From Vicugna vicugna (lineage: Eukaryota), in assembly GCA_013265495.1 (NCBI GenBank), contig MU058636.1, positions 3,831,967 to 3,895,966 of the forward strand: a DNA stretch of 64,000 nucleotides, read 5' to 3'. The notes below the pieces were generated by a model. The model was not told the origin of the DNA and searched no databases. It saw only the letters and a list, made by a program, of their open reading frames with translations. This document shows, piece after piece, positions 13,500 to 26,269 of the stretch. The first letter of the stretch is position 1; every line of letters starts with the position of its first letter. The translations under genes and the position numbers were made by a program.

Positions 13500-14000
13500 A
13501 GCAGGGCCGTGCACCTGACACACACACGGGCGCAGCTCAGCCACCTCCAGCGACGCCGTCCCAGACGCCGGGCACGCGCGGTCCCACGCGGAGCCTGTGC
13601 GCACAGGGACAGACACACAGGCACGTCGGTCCCCGCCCCTGCGCCTCCGGCCCCTCCGCACAGACCCTCACGGGCCTGACAGGCGCGGGCGACGGCACAC
13701 GGACACCTCAGCGGCACTTCTCGGTTTGTCATTGTAAGCAGTCTTCCGGTTGTCGTCTGGAAACTCAACAGACGTCTTCTCAAAGCCGTTTAAAAACATA
13801 GTGCACCCTCCCCGGTCCTGGGGAAGGCAGCAGAAAGTGCTGAAGTGGGATCGAGTGGTGCCCTGGGAGCGCGGGCGAGGGCAGCAGGAGCGGCGCTCGG
13901 CGGCCCAGGCCCAGGCCGAGGTGTGGCTTCTGGGACCTGCTGGCCCATTTGTCCCCCAGTGGGAGGCTCTGGTCCTGCGCTCAGGGACGGCTGTCCTCCC
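13500..14000. promoter_or_regulatory. intronic CpG-rich patch (CpG-island-like) with GC box
   Basis: About 25 CpGs counted by eye in 13541-13730; CCCCGCCCC at 13631-13639. Confidence 0.55.
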
Positions 14001-15079
14001 ACACAGCCCTGCAGCTGGTCTTCCTTACAAGACAAAGGCAGAAAGAAAGGAAAAAATAACGCTCTAAAAACCCCTCCAATTCTCTTAGAAAATAGGTGCT
14101 CCCAAAGAGAGGTAGAATCCGGTGGCTGTTAGAGGAGGAGGGGAGAGAAAACAGATCAAAAAGAAAACCCAGAGGACAGATGAAAGGATGCGGATGCAAG
14201 AAATAGCCCAGACCAGCTGGTGGCCATCTGGGAGCCACGGAGAAAGGGAAGAACCAAGTTGGTGAGTTTCTAGCAAGTGGGCACAGTTTATCATGAGAGG
14301 AGGTTACTGCTTTGAGGAACTGGAAAGAAGCCAGAGCCATTAAAAAAAAATCGAGCGGTTTCTCTGTGGATTGGACTGTAGGGAGTTTGCTCTGGTCTGA
14401 AGTAAACTAGTGAAGGACATTATCATTTTAGGGAAAGTTCGGAGGCCCCCGAGGCTGTCATGTTATTGAGGCTTCATCTCTGGATGTCAGTGTAAAAATG
14501 GACAGTGGAGAAATGGGAAATATATTTGATTATACCTTATACAGAAATTTTTTAAAACATCAAATAAGACCACAAGGAAGGCCAGTGATTATAGGATAAG
14601 CTGTAAATTATTGTATTCAATTATTTTGATTTTGGTAAAAATTTGCGGTAAATTGAATGTGTTTGCATAGGAGCTGTCTATAGACGGGAAAGAGATACAT
14701 TGTAAAATCAGTATGTACTGAGCAACATAGCGAGATAGTATGTATCTACTCAGCCCACAGAGAACTGGAGGCTAGCCTGTCTGAAAGTAAGCTCATTGTG
14801 TCTTTGCCGTCCACCCAAGATTAGCACATCTTTTCTCTTCCTCTGGACCTGATGATAGCTCCACTTAGTTCCCACAACCAAATAATCGGTCACCAAGTCC
14901 TGTGTGGGCCCTCCTTTCTCTCCCTGCAGCCACTGCCCTGTTCAACCTGTCAGCATCATTACAGCGAACTCTTAACTGGCCTCCCCAGCCCTAAGATCAA
15001 ATCCCTGCACACCATCCTCTGTATTTTCATAGGGTAGTTCGTTTAAAAAAAAAAAAAGGCTAATCTAATTTCTGCTCAT

Positions 15080-15660
15080 CCAGTGTTTGTTCGAGATGCT
15101 TGGGACACATCAGGGAGCAAGACAAAGATACCTACCCTTATAGAGTTAGAGTTTAATGGGAGGAGAAAGACCATGAGCATAATATTTTATTAGATATCTT
15201 GGAAGGTGATAAATGCTGGGGAAAAGAGAGGAAAACAAGCAGGGTATGGAGGACCAAGAGTGCCGACTGTGTGTGTGGTTTTACATAATGCGGCCAGGAG
15301 AGGCCTCACGGAGATGTTGGCGTTTGCTCAAAGCAGGTGAGGGAGTGAGCCCCAGGGATGTCAGGGGGAAGCACATGCCTTGCAGACAGAAGAGCCAGAG
15401 ATGTGCCCTAAGGCGGAGTGTACTTGGAGGGTCCGAGGAAGAGCAGGGACCAGCATAGCTGGAGCAGAGTAGACGCAGGGTGACAGCGGAAGGCATGAGG
15501 TCAGAGAGATGTGGGAGCTCAGGTCACATGGGCCTTGTAGCAGGGGGGACCCACTGCAGGGCTTTAAGCAGTGGGCGACATGCTCTGACTCCTGTATTGA
15601 ACAGTCCTTCTGGTGATGATGGTGTCTCAGACCAGGGGTACCAGAAGAGACTGTGAGAGG
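15080..15660 (-). mobile_element. L2 LINE 3' region
   Basis: gacaaagatacctacccttatagagtt, aggtgagggagtgagcc, tgcagggctttaagcag are typical antisense L2a segments. Confidence 0.75.
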
Positions 15661-16153
15661 CTGTGATGTCGCTGTCCTGCTCAGAATCCTTCAGTGACTC
15701 CCCTTGGCTTTCAGATAAAATCTGTCTCTTCTGTGTGACCCATAAAACACTTCAGGATAGCAGCCTTGCTTCTGCTTCCTTTTCCGTATTCATCGCTCCC
15801 TGGCACTTTCACAGCTTCAAAGCCCACCATGTTCTCAAGCAGATGAGCTTCTGTCGAGCATCACTGTCTCTCATGGCCCCATGCGTCTGTGTAGATGGCT
15901 TCCCCTGCCCGCACACAGTGCCCTCGGGGCCTTCACTAAACACTTTCTGCTCGGGAAGCCTTTCTCTCCTCTGGGAACCACGCACCCCTAAGGCAGTCCA
16001 TGTGTACTTCAAGATTGGGATTATAGCCCTGAGTCAGAATGCTCTGTCCCCAGTCTGTCTCTCTCACCAGACTGGGAACTCCTAGAGGATTGAAATAGTG
16101 CTCTTATTTCTGAGTCGCTAGTACACATTGGATGGATGGATGGATGGATGGAT
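15661..16153 (+). mobile_element. L2 3' end with (GGAT)n tail
   Basis: ttcagtgactccc...gggaagcctttc...agactgggaactcctagagg, ending in tggatggatgga repeats. Confidence 0.6.
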
Positions 16154-17789
16154 GTTGGTTCTTTCATCAGATCTTGAATTCTAGGGATTTTGTTTTTAGG
16201 TTAAAATTAGTTAAGCATTAAAAAATGCTTTAAAAATGAACTATAAGACTATAACTTCTCCATTGTTGAGGAGATGGTGAAAGGAATGAGCTCAGGTAAC
16301 TACTTGTGAGCATATATGAAATATAAATTACAGCCAAGTCCTTATTTTAGAGACTTTATCCCCATCCGTTAATTCATGCACAAAAGACTGAATCTATGTT
16401 TCCAAGCAGTAATTCCAAGGAGTTTAAAGACTTTTCCTAAAGTTTTATCTCTTGAAGTATGAGTGCGTTTTCAAGTCAATTACCTTTGATTATTGGTTAC
16501 CATCTCCTCGATCTGCGTCTGTGAGCTTGGCCAGTTTTTATCTTCTGCCCCATCTTCTGTTACGCAGATTCCTTCCCAGAGATTAAATGTATCCAGGGAA
16601 GGTAACATAGATGATGAATGGTGCGATGGAGAGCTTGATGGAAGTGGGTCAGAAAAGCTTTTATTTGAGGGAAATTTAAACGAGAGAAGATTAATTGACA
16701 GGAAAAGTGGGTTGAAGGATTCTCAAAGTACCACGAAGAAATGTGCAGGCTGAGGAGAAGTATGTGTTCTTTGCTTTATTGTTGGGGAACAGACACTTCA
16801 TAAAGTAACAATAGCAGACTTTCTAAACTGCTTCTGGAAAATTGTTTTTTAAAGAGAGAAGTTCCAGTAACTAGTGAGATCAGATTCACTGGGGTTTTGT
16901 TATGGAAGCCAAGTGAATCTAAACCATAACATAAATCTTAAAAAGACAACAGCGCCGGCGAAATGGAGATTGTCAGGTTGTCGGGACTGGTTCCGCAGTG
17001 CCTGCGATCTGAAAGCAGACACAAGAATGAGTAATGGGGCTTGTGAGCCCTGGACTTTGGAGACTGAAATCTAGTCAGTCTAAAACTCTCTGACTCTGTG
17101 GCTTAGGTAGATGGTGATGCGGGGGCTTGGATGGGAAGTTCAAGAAAACTCAGTAGTAAAGAACTTCATCAGGTAAGAGTGGATGAAAAGTTCTGTCCAA
17201 GACATGAGGTGCCCTGACATGAGTTCATCTGGAGAGAAAGTGAGTCCACACATAGAGCTCCCTCACTCCTGCGCAAGCTGAGACAGTCCGGCAAGGGTTA
17301 ACCAGACTGAGAGGCAGGGCTAAGTGATCGCCAGTTTACTGTTCTGATAGGGCCACTATTCACAGAAGATTCTCAAGAAATACCTTTTGGATATATTGAA
17401 ATTTACAAATCTAATACTTGAAAAGTAGTCAAAAGTAATGAGCAATTTCAATCAAAAAATACACTGCCAGGCTAGCAATTAAGAAGTGCAGAGATAACTG
17501 TATTATGACATAACTAATAAAAAGAAAAAACAATTACCAAGGGGAAAAAAACAATATTGGGACTGCTTTGGGAAAGCCAGTGTGCTTCTATCATTGCTGG
17601 CAGTATGTATAAAAACACCTTGCCTGCAGGTTTCAGTGCTACACAGATCACCACTCCAGGTTACATCTAATCTAATCTTTTCCCGGTCATCTCAAAGGAT
17701 CCCTCCCAGCTCTAAACAGTTCTACAGTTCTGTGATTTGTTAAACCAAAAGAACATCAACTGTAGAGTTTTGTGTGTAGTTATCCATTA

Positions 17790-18040
17790 AGAATGCTTCA
17801 AGCTGAAATCCAGGCTGTCTACGTTTGAATCCTGGTGCTGCTACTTGCTAATTTTGACAAGTTATTTAAGATCTTTCAATGCCTCAGTTTACTCCCTCTG
17901 AAGAAATAATAATAGTGTCTTAAAAAGGGAATAATAATAGTGTTTAATCTCATAAGGTTATGTTAAGGAGTAAATGACTTAAGATGCATAAAGTGCTTGG
18001 AACAGTGCTTGACACATGGTAAGAAATTGATATTTATTAT
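17790..18040 (+). mobile_element. MIR SINE
   Basis: tttgaatcctgg...gcctcagttt...aaagtgcttggaacagtgcttgacacatggtaag. Confidence 0.75.
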
Positions 18041-19165
18041 TATAGTAACATAAAAAATGGCTAACAGGATAAAGGAGTTTACCTTTCTTTCATTAACAAA
18101 AATATCAGGATATAGGTGATTGCTGCCTTGGTTTAGCTTATCAATGATGTCATCAAGAGTCTTCAATCTCTACCATATCACTACACCATCTATAGCATGT
18201 TGGCTTTTTGTCCTTCAGCTCATGGCCTCATGGTCTCATAATGGCTGCTGTAGACCCAGATACCTCACATCTCAATTACATTTAAAATCAGAAAGAACAA
18301 CACCATCTAAGGGAGAGGAAAAGTGAGAAAGAAAAATGAGAAAGATAGAGAAAAAGAGACTATCTCACACTATTTTCACATTTTATGAAGGAGCAAAAAT
18401 ATTTTCCCAGAGCTCCTCTGCTGATTTCACCTTATCTCACTGGCCAGAACTGAGTCACATGACACCCCTGAAGTCAAGAGCCCTCTGCCTGGGTTTTGTT
18501 GGCAGGGAAGAAGGGAGAGAATGCCTGATGGGGACACAAGCACAGGTCCTCCACAGATACTCATTCCTCTGTTATACCAGCAGCTTTGTTCCTGCTTTGG
18601 CTGTAAGAAGGACAGTCTGTCCCTCAGTGCTCATGTGAATTAATCAATAATTACAGAGCTTTTATAACACGTGAGGTCACGGATGCCACCTCTAAGATTT
18701 TCCCATCTGCCTTCATGCATGATGCCTATGGGTAAGGTCCACTTCATTTTGAGACAGCCATTGAAAGCCCGGTATCTTCTTCTAAAAGGCTCTTTAAACC
18801 CCAGCTGGAACACACGAGGATGTTCGTTGGAGTCCTCAACCAGTCAGCCTTGATTGAGTCTCTGCTGTCCACCAGGCTTTGTGGGGCTCCAGGGAAGAAC
18901 CCTTGCCTTCAGCATCCAATTAGATGCTCAGTTCTCCTGGAGTTCAGAAAAGGGAGCAATCAAGTGTTCTGGCATACAGAGAAGTTCCCATGGAGGATTT
19001 ACTGAGGTCACAGAAAATGGGGAGGATTTATATGAGCCGAGGAGAGGAGGGAGGGAATTCCTGACCAGAAGGCTAGGCAACGAAATAAGGCTCCTGGTTG
19101 GAGTGAGCAGCATGTGGGAAGGACATTCATTCTTACCCTTTTGAGATTTTTATGTTTTTCATTAG

Positions 19166-19283
19166 AACCTGGAAGAAGCTGCCCAAAGTTGAGAACATGC
19201 CAAACATTAGCATTGATAATGCTGTGAACTCTCCAAATGTAAATTACACCTGCTGGAAAGTACACAGAGACTGGGTTACTCAG
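19166..19283 (+). pseudogene. WDR95: exon c (118 nt): TWKKLPKVENMPNISIDNAVNSPNVNYTCWKVHRDWVTQ
   Basis: tttttcattAG acceptor, CAG|GTAAAA donor; phase 2 to 0; the VHxDWV motif opens a WD repeat. Confidence 0.88.
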
Positions 19284-19777
19284 GTAAAAAAAAAGTTTAT
19301 GTTAAAGTAAATTGTAATATGCTGGCCTGCCTCTTTCTCCAGGGGTATCAGACAAGCAATCAAATAACAGCATATATTCTTTAATGAGTCACCACTGGTC
19401 CTGAGATAACTTAGCTGAAAATGATGAAAAATAAATGTCACATGGGATTTCTAGAACAGCACAAAGAATAATAAATATCTGGTTTCTGGAAACGAGTGAA
19501 AATAATCAATTTGGATTTCCTGGCATATTTGCGTTGTGGGTGTTTCCACCCCAGGTACCCTTCAGTCTGAAAACAGTAGATGTGTTTTTCTTCCTCTTGC
19601 AGGAGTAAGGGGCAGCTCAAATGACTTCAGTGTCTTAGGACCCATAATGTGACTTTAGACATGCAACTTGTTTCCCTTAGATTTCTACTGGCTCTGATAA
19701 GCTAAATTAATGTTTCCCAAGAGAATAAAAAAGCAAAACAGTGTCCTTTAAGTGTTAAGACACCCAAGGACAACCAA

Positions 19778-20255
19778 GAAAAATGAAGATATATGTCCAC
19801 ACAAAAACGTATACCTGAATGTTCATAGCAGCATTATTCATGATAGTCAAAAAGTGGAAACAACCCAAATGTCCATCAGCTGGTGAACAGATAAACAAAA
19901 TGTGGTATATCCATACAATGAAATATTATTTGACAATAAAAGGAATGAAGCAGTGATACATACTGTAACATGAATGACACTTGAAGACATTATGCTAAGT
20001 GGAAAAAGCCAGTCACAAAAGACCCCATGTTATATAGTCCCATTTATATGAAATGTCCAGAGCAGGCAAATCCACAGGGACAAAAAGCAGGCTCGTGGTT
20101 GCCTAGGGATGAAGACATCGTGGGCAAATGGGGAATGGCTGTTTATGGGTATAGGGTTTCTTTCCTAAGCAATGAAAATGTTTTAAAATTGATGACGGTG
20201 ATAGTGCACAACTTTGAATATGCTAAAAACCATTCAGTTGTACACTTTAAATTGA
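19778..20255 (+). mobile_element. L1MB-type 3' end
   Basis: atgttcatagcagcattattc...tggaaacaacccaaatgtccatc...aaaatgtggtatatccatacaatgaaatattatt. Confidence 0.9.
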
Positions 20256-20709
20256 AAGGGGAAAAACAGCCCAAATGCAGAGTGGACATGCAGAAGGGAG
20301 AGCAGGGGTCCTTCGGGAGTGATGAGACTCCTTTGCTGGGGGAGCACGGACACCTCTTACATCCTTCTAAACACATCAGATTTAAACCAGGTAGAGAAGA
20401 TTTTTAATAAAGAAGACATGTGCAAGAAAAGGAAGGTAGGAAATATTATTGGGTGAAGGGAAAAGAACCAAACGTATTTGCTGAGTGAAAAGGAGAATTA
20501 AAGGGGAAGAAAAATTGGTCCAAGAAAATAGCATTTGTCTAAAAGACGAAGACCCACAAAGTTTCAAACACAAAGAGAAGAAAAGAGAAAGAAAATGTGA
20601 ATTAAGAAAGCTAGATACAAGAGACAGCAGTAATCTGACTGAACGAGCACACAGAAAACTGCCATGTGTGCCATGTGGCGTGTCTCGAAGGTGATTGAAA
20701 CAAGGTTCT

Positions 20710-21025
20710 TTTTCCCTTCAACTTGTTTGAGGTCCAATTTACCTGTCATAAATTTCACCCGTTTTAGGTGTACAATTAATGACTGTTGATGAGTTTACTG
20801 AGTTGTGCAATTATCACCATAATCTGGTTTAGGAATATTTCCGTTCTCCCAGTAAGATCCCTCCTAACCGTATACAGTCGATCCCAGTTCCTATTCCCAG
20901 CTCTAGGCAACCGCTAATCTACTATTCGTCTCTATAGATTTGCCTTTTTTGTTTGTTTGGGGGTTTTTTGCCATTTCCTGTAAATAGAATCATACCTTTT
21001 TCAGCCTTGTGAGCCTGGCTTCTTC
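20710..21025 (-). mobile_element. old L1 3' end (antisense)
   Basis: cataaatttcacccgttttaggtgtacaatt...taggcaaccgctaatctact...tctatagatttgcct. Confidence 0.8.
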
Positions 21026-22305
21026 CCATCAGCAGAATGGAGCTATGCTTTTGGAGAATGTGGACATTTTGTGCCGCTGAATTGCTGGTCCCCAGACCCT
21101 GCTTTCTGGGCCAGCCAACCTTCTCTGACTCGCCCTCTTCAGTGCTCTGTGCCTGGAAGGAGAAGGAGCAGTACCGAGACCCGAGCAGGGGCTGCCCCCG
21201 GGGTGACTGTGCGCCGAGGGGCGGGGAGGGGAGAAAACGAGGCAGGGCATTGGCCGAGCAGACAAGGAGCCCCTCAGAGAGGAGCTGCGGGGTGGGAGAA
21301 TTCCCCGGGGGCTGTTGTCCTTTCTCCTCTGGAACCTCAGGGAGTGTGTTCAGGACCTTCCTGAAAGGTCAGCCTGTGAACTGCCTCCAGGGAGCCTGAG
21401 TGATGGAGAAAAGGCAGAGGACAGTTCTGGGCTCAGGTTACTCTGGCCAGAGTCCTGGTGCCCTGGGCCACACCCAACTGCAGAAATCCCCCTTTCTCCT
21501 CCTGACTCTCAGGGTCTGCGGTTTCTGCCCTCCACGCAGAGCAGAACCAAAGGTTATCTGCCCTATCTCCTCCTCTAAACCAAGCGTAGTTCCTGGAAGG
21601 TCTAATGATAAGGAATCACCCTTTGTAACCAACATGTGCTCTTTCAACACTGCTGTGGCCTTAGCCCACATCTACATGCTCATATTCTTACTAAGGGCCT
21701 CTGCAGGGGGCCTGAGAGGACAGGAACTCCTGGTTCTTTGCACCCAGGACTGGCCCTGGCCCCCACTCAGGGTCCTGCTCGAAAGCTCTGGGTCCCCAAC
21801 CCCAGCACATCTGCTTCGGAGCCTGGCACACCATTTCCAAAGATGAGGGGAAAGAGGCCGTTGCCTTCCTGGTGTGACACTCGGCATAGCTTCCAACTTA
21901 AATCTGATTCAGAGTGAAGGCTACGCTGTTTTCTCTGTGAAACCCCTGTGGCTACGCAGGCAGCATTCTGATTTTCCCAGAAATATCTGAACGAGGCAGT
22001 AGAAACTTCGGCACCGTCTCCCAGACAGGACACCCAGGAATTGCTTGCTCTGGGGTTAACCTTGAGCGAGCACGGAGAGAAGCGAGCCCACACGAGCTCC
22101 GCTCCCACCACGCCACCTGCACACGTCTGCCCACACGCAGATGTGGCTTTTTAAAGACACGTCCGTCCTGTGAACAAGGAGCTCCTTCCTTCCTCTTGAA
22201 ATGTGTGTCAAAATGTGCCTTCAGTACAGTTAAACTCTTACTTGACCTAGTATGTGATCTTCATATTAATTAGCACTTCCTTTTTTTTTTTTTTCCTGTT
22301 TCTAG

Positions 22306-22375
22306 CTTAACTACTACGATTCTCTCAAACCCGTCGTTTCAAGCGCCAAGCACGAGCCCACTGCTCTAGTCACAG
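22306..22375 (+). pseudogene. WDR95: exon d (70 nt): LNYYDSLKPVVSSAKHEPTALVTG
   Basis: Long T tract + ctAG acceptor; donor is non-canonical AG|GCACTG; phase 0 to 1. Confidence 0.82.
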
Positions 22376-24328
22376 GCACTGCTTACGCCTCTCTCAGGTT
22401 TGCCATGTTCTCTTGGTGTGTCAGCTCCTTGGCTGTCTCCCACCTTCATAATTTTTGCAAGAGGCATCCCACACTTCAATAATAACTCCTGGTGCAGCTC
22501 AAAATGGGACATCCTCCCACTGCTGAGTTTTATAAGCCTCCCTCTAGGCTGCTGGAGAGGCAGAGGGAGGGCGGGCACACCTATCACAGGCTTCACACAT
22601 ACCGGGAGCTCGATCAATATTTGCTGAGTTGAAATAAGAGCAAAATCCACTTCCAGCAATCTCAGGCCATATCATTCAAACAGCCCTAATGTGCTACCTG
22701 ATATTAAATACACCGACATAATGTCAGTATCGACATAAAACAGTGGTCTTGAGGTATTTGTATGAAGTGGGATTTGGGAATTTTTAAGACTTCAAAAGGC
22801 ACACGTGATGTCACAGCTGTCAGCAGTGGCCATGGGAAGACCCAGAACCTGCAGCCATTTGGATTTTCTGGAAGCTGGACTTGGACCAAGCGAATTCAGA
22901 GAAAGGCCACAGGAGAGCCCAGGTCCCAGCCCAGCCCTCGCCCTTACAGCCCCCGGTGCACGGACGTGACCAGGCTGATCTGGGGACTTTGGAGTAGGGG
23001 ACGTGTCAGGGTAAGCCTGCTACTCACGTGGGAGTCGTTCTGTCTGGGCCAGACCCAGGACAGAAATCTTGGCGCTGGATGAACTGCAGTTCTAGTGATT
23101 CAGATTTGAACCAGGAGCCACCCTCTTTACAATGGACCATTCCCTGGATACCAACTCATGGTCTGAAACAGACACAACTTCTCTCTGGCCCTGGGGCATT
23201 CTGACTAGAACACTTAGTGCCAGGCACTGTGCTAGGCCCCTTCTGTGTATTAATATACCCAGTCTCCATGATAACCTCATGATTAGACCCCACTGCCAGC
23301 CCCATCTCACGGGTGAGGAAAATGAAATTCAGAATAATGGACTTGTCCTCGGGTGTTGTTCAGGGCTTTTTTTTTTTTTTCCCCCTTCTATACGTATTGA
23401 AAGAAGCCCAAACTCAAATTGACATAAGCAACAAGGAGAACTGTTTGGATGTCTCATAAAACACGAGAACAGGAAAGCAGCTCGGCGTTGGAGCTTCTGG
23501 GAGCAGAGCCTCCAGTGCTGCTCCGACTCTGTTTCTCCCTCACCTGTGACTCACTTTCCATGTGGGTCCTTCCGGATGGCAGCTTCATGTGGCTTCACCA
23601 CCAACGGAGCCTGGCTGATGCTCCTGGTCCCCAGTCCAATCACCCCCTGGGACGGTTCTCGCTGGCCAGTTTGGCCCACCTTTGGGACAGTCATGATCCA
23701 ACTGACCGAGGCAGGGCAGGGGCAGAAAGACCCTGGCAGTGCCTGTTCAAACCACGTGATCAGTGTATGGGAATGTGTGCTCTCCAGGAGTGGGGACAGG
23801 GAAAGGGGGTTACTAATTCCAAAAAGTGAAGGATGACCACTGCCTTGAGCCACGAAACTTGGAAATGGAAGGCCAGGAACTTGAACCCAGGTCTGCCTCC
23901 AAAGCCTGCGCTTGTAATCCCTAGACCAGAACAACAGCACCATCGGGGAGCATGTTCGAAATGCAGCCTCGGCTGCCCCCAGAGCTCCCGAGTCAGTCTG
24001 CCTTTGAAAAGAGCTGCAGATGACTCGTGTGCATGTCAAGTCTGGGGGGCATCCTTTAATGACGATAATATGATTTTACACATTTTTTTCTGTATTTTCT
24101 ATATTATTCTCTTTTTAATAATTTTTTCTAAAAACTTGCCACTTGAAGATCCTCTTAATTCCTCACATTTACTTTATCAAACTTTATCCTTACTTTGTGA
24201 AGCTCTTGAAAGCATGTTGGAAAACCCTACGCAATTATTCAACGTCACTGTCACTGTATTTAATTTTCAAGTTGCTGTTCCTTACGTGTATTTGGCACTT
24301 CCTATTTTGTAAAGGGCTTTCACATTCA

Positions 24329-24520
24329 TCAGTGCTTCTCAGTCTTGGCTGCCCTTAGGGATCATCTGGGGACTTTATAAAATCTGATCACCACCTGGGT
24401 CCTGCCCGCAGGCAGGGATTCTGGCTCAGTTGGTCTGGGATAAAACCTGGGCATTGGGGCTTTTAAAAGCGCCCCCCTCCCCGAGTGATTCTAATATATG
24501 GCCAAGATTAGAAGCGCTGT
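24329..24520. mobile_element. MER5-type hAT-Charlie DNA transposon relic
   Basis: cagtgcttctcagtcttggctgc...gattctggctcagttggtctgg...gtgattctaat. Confidence 0.7.
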
Positions 24521-26269
24521 CCAAGGGGCTGGCCCAGGCACCTGTATCTTTTTGACACTTCAGCCCAGGATGAGAACCACTCACATATATTTGTTACCTG
24601 ACCTTCACGGTAGCAGGTGAGGTATGACGGTATGCACTCCCATTTTACCGGTGAGGAGTAAGACCATTAGGTCACTTAGCTGGAAGAGCTGGGACTCAAC
24701 TCCAGTTTCTATGACCCCAATGCCAGTATTCCACCTGCCAGTCCCTAGCCTTGGGTCAGTAAAGCCCTGTCTCTCAGGCCTAGCACTTGTTTTGGAATGG
24801 CCTCATTCTCTCCCTGGAGCAGAATAAATCTCTGAAATGTCATCATTCACCCTAGTGCGGTGGGAAAGTTGTAGCTGGCAGAGGCTGCCTGCGATTGGCT
24901 CTGCAGTCTCTGGGTGAGGTCCCCGCACACCTGGGTGGCAGCGGTAGCAGGAGCAGCCTGAGGAAGGAGCCAGGGAGGGGCCCAGATACAGACACTCATG
25001 GCCGCTGCCCAGCCGGGCCCACTGCGCAGGGAGGAGGGGAGGGCTGGGGGGCTGGGGGGCTGGGGTTGTGCGTCCACCTCCTAGAGGCTGGTTATGACTC
25101 GCGTCTCTTCCTGCACGAGATCTTCTCCAGGTATTTCATTTGCTGGCGTGACCTTCCCCTCTTTCTCCTGGCCCTCCGCACTGCCCTTCCCTCTCCCACC
25201 TCCCCCAGCTCCACTTCTGGACTTTAAGGGCCTGGTGTCACCCAGCAGTGCATTTGTAATGAATCAAATATTTAACACCGTCTTCCACGACTCAGAAGTC
25301 AGCCACCGACATGATGACGGCAGCCGCATGTTTTGTGAAGCCTTTCAGCCGGGCTGTGCTTGAGCACTTCTGAGCTTTGGAAAAGCTGAAATCTTAAGGG
25401 TTTTTTCCCCTTTTCCATTAGAATCCTGTTCCAGTCGCTACTGCACATCACGGAAAATCAGTAATGAATCGGGCCCCAGGCCTCAGTCACCTGTGAAACA
25501 CCACCTTGCTTCTCTCTTGACAGGAGTCTGACAGAGGCCCCTTCCACCTCTGACTCACAGCCTTCGAACTCACGTTAGCTTTCAAGGAAAGCTTCCTTTA
25601 TAAACTTCTAATTCACTGACATTTAAGTCACTGAGGTGTAAGGAGAGATGTGCTGTGAGTAAGGAGTTTCTTGAGAGTTTTCAATAGACTTTCTGGGGAC
25701 TAGGAAATTATGGCTTCTAGAATGGTAATGGATATGAATCCCAAGTAACTGAAAGTCAGCCTGCAGAGGCTGAAGCAGCTTAAAATTCAGTGTTTGTCAT
25801 GAAGGAACAAAAAAATCAATGAATCCAGAGTGAGGGTCTCTGGGTTCTAGGCCTGGCTCTGCTGCCAACGGAGCTGTGACCTCAGGCCTCAGTTTCCTCT
25901 CTAGCTCAGTGAGGAAGCTGGATGTGAGCTCTAAGGATTGGAATTTGCAGATCCTCGTTCTGCTGTAAGTCCCCTGTCCATCCCTTCCTCCTCCTCACGT
26001 CTCGGACAGCCGGGGCCACTACAGTCGCTTACAGCTCTGAGCCACCAAGTGCCTCTAGAGACCTAGTTAACTCTGCTGTAGAGAGTCGCTCCCCCACCCC
26101 CAGTCACCATCACTGCTGCTTCACTGTGTCGGGTCTTTGTGACGTGGCCAGCACCGTACTCAGGTGAGAGTGCTGAGGAGCCTTTGGAGCGAAACTGCTG
26201 GAAAGAGTTGCCTGTGCCTGTTCTCCCAGGCTATCTAAAACCCGCTCCAGCCCAGCTTTGTCCTGCCAT

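Noticed and set aside
17904..17943. 14-bp direct repeat aataataatagtgt
   Set aside because: Small slippage duplication inside a MIR; no functional implication
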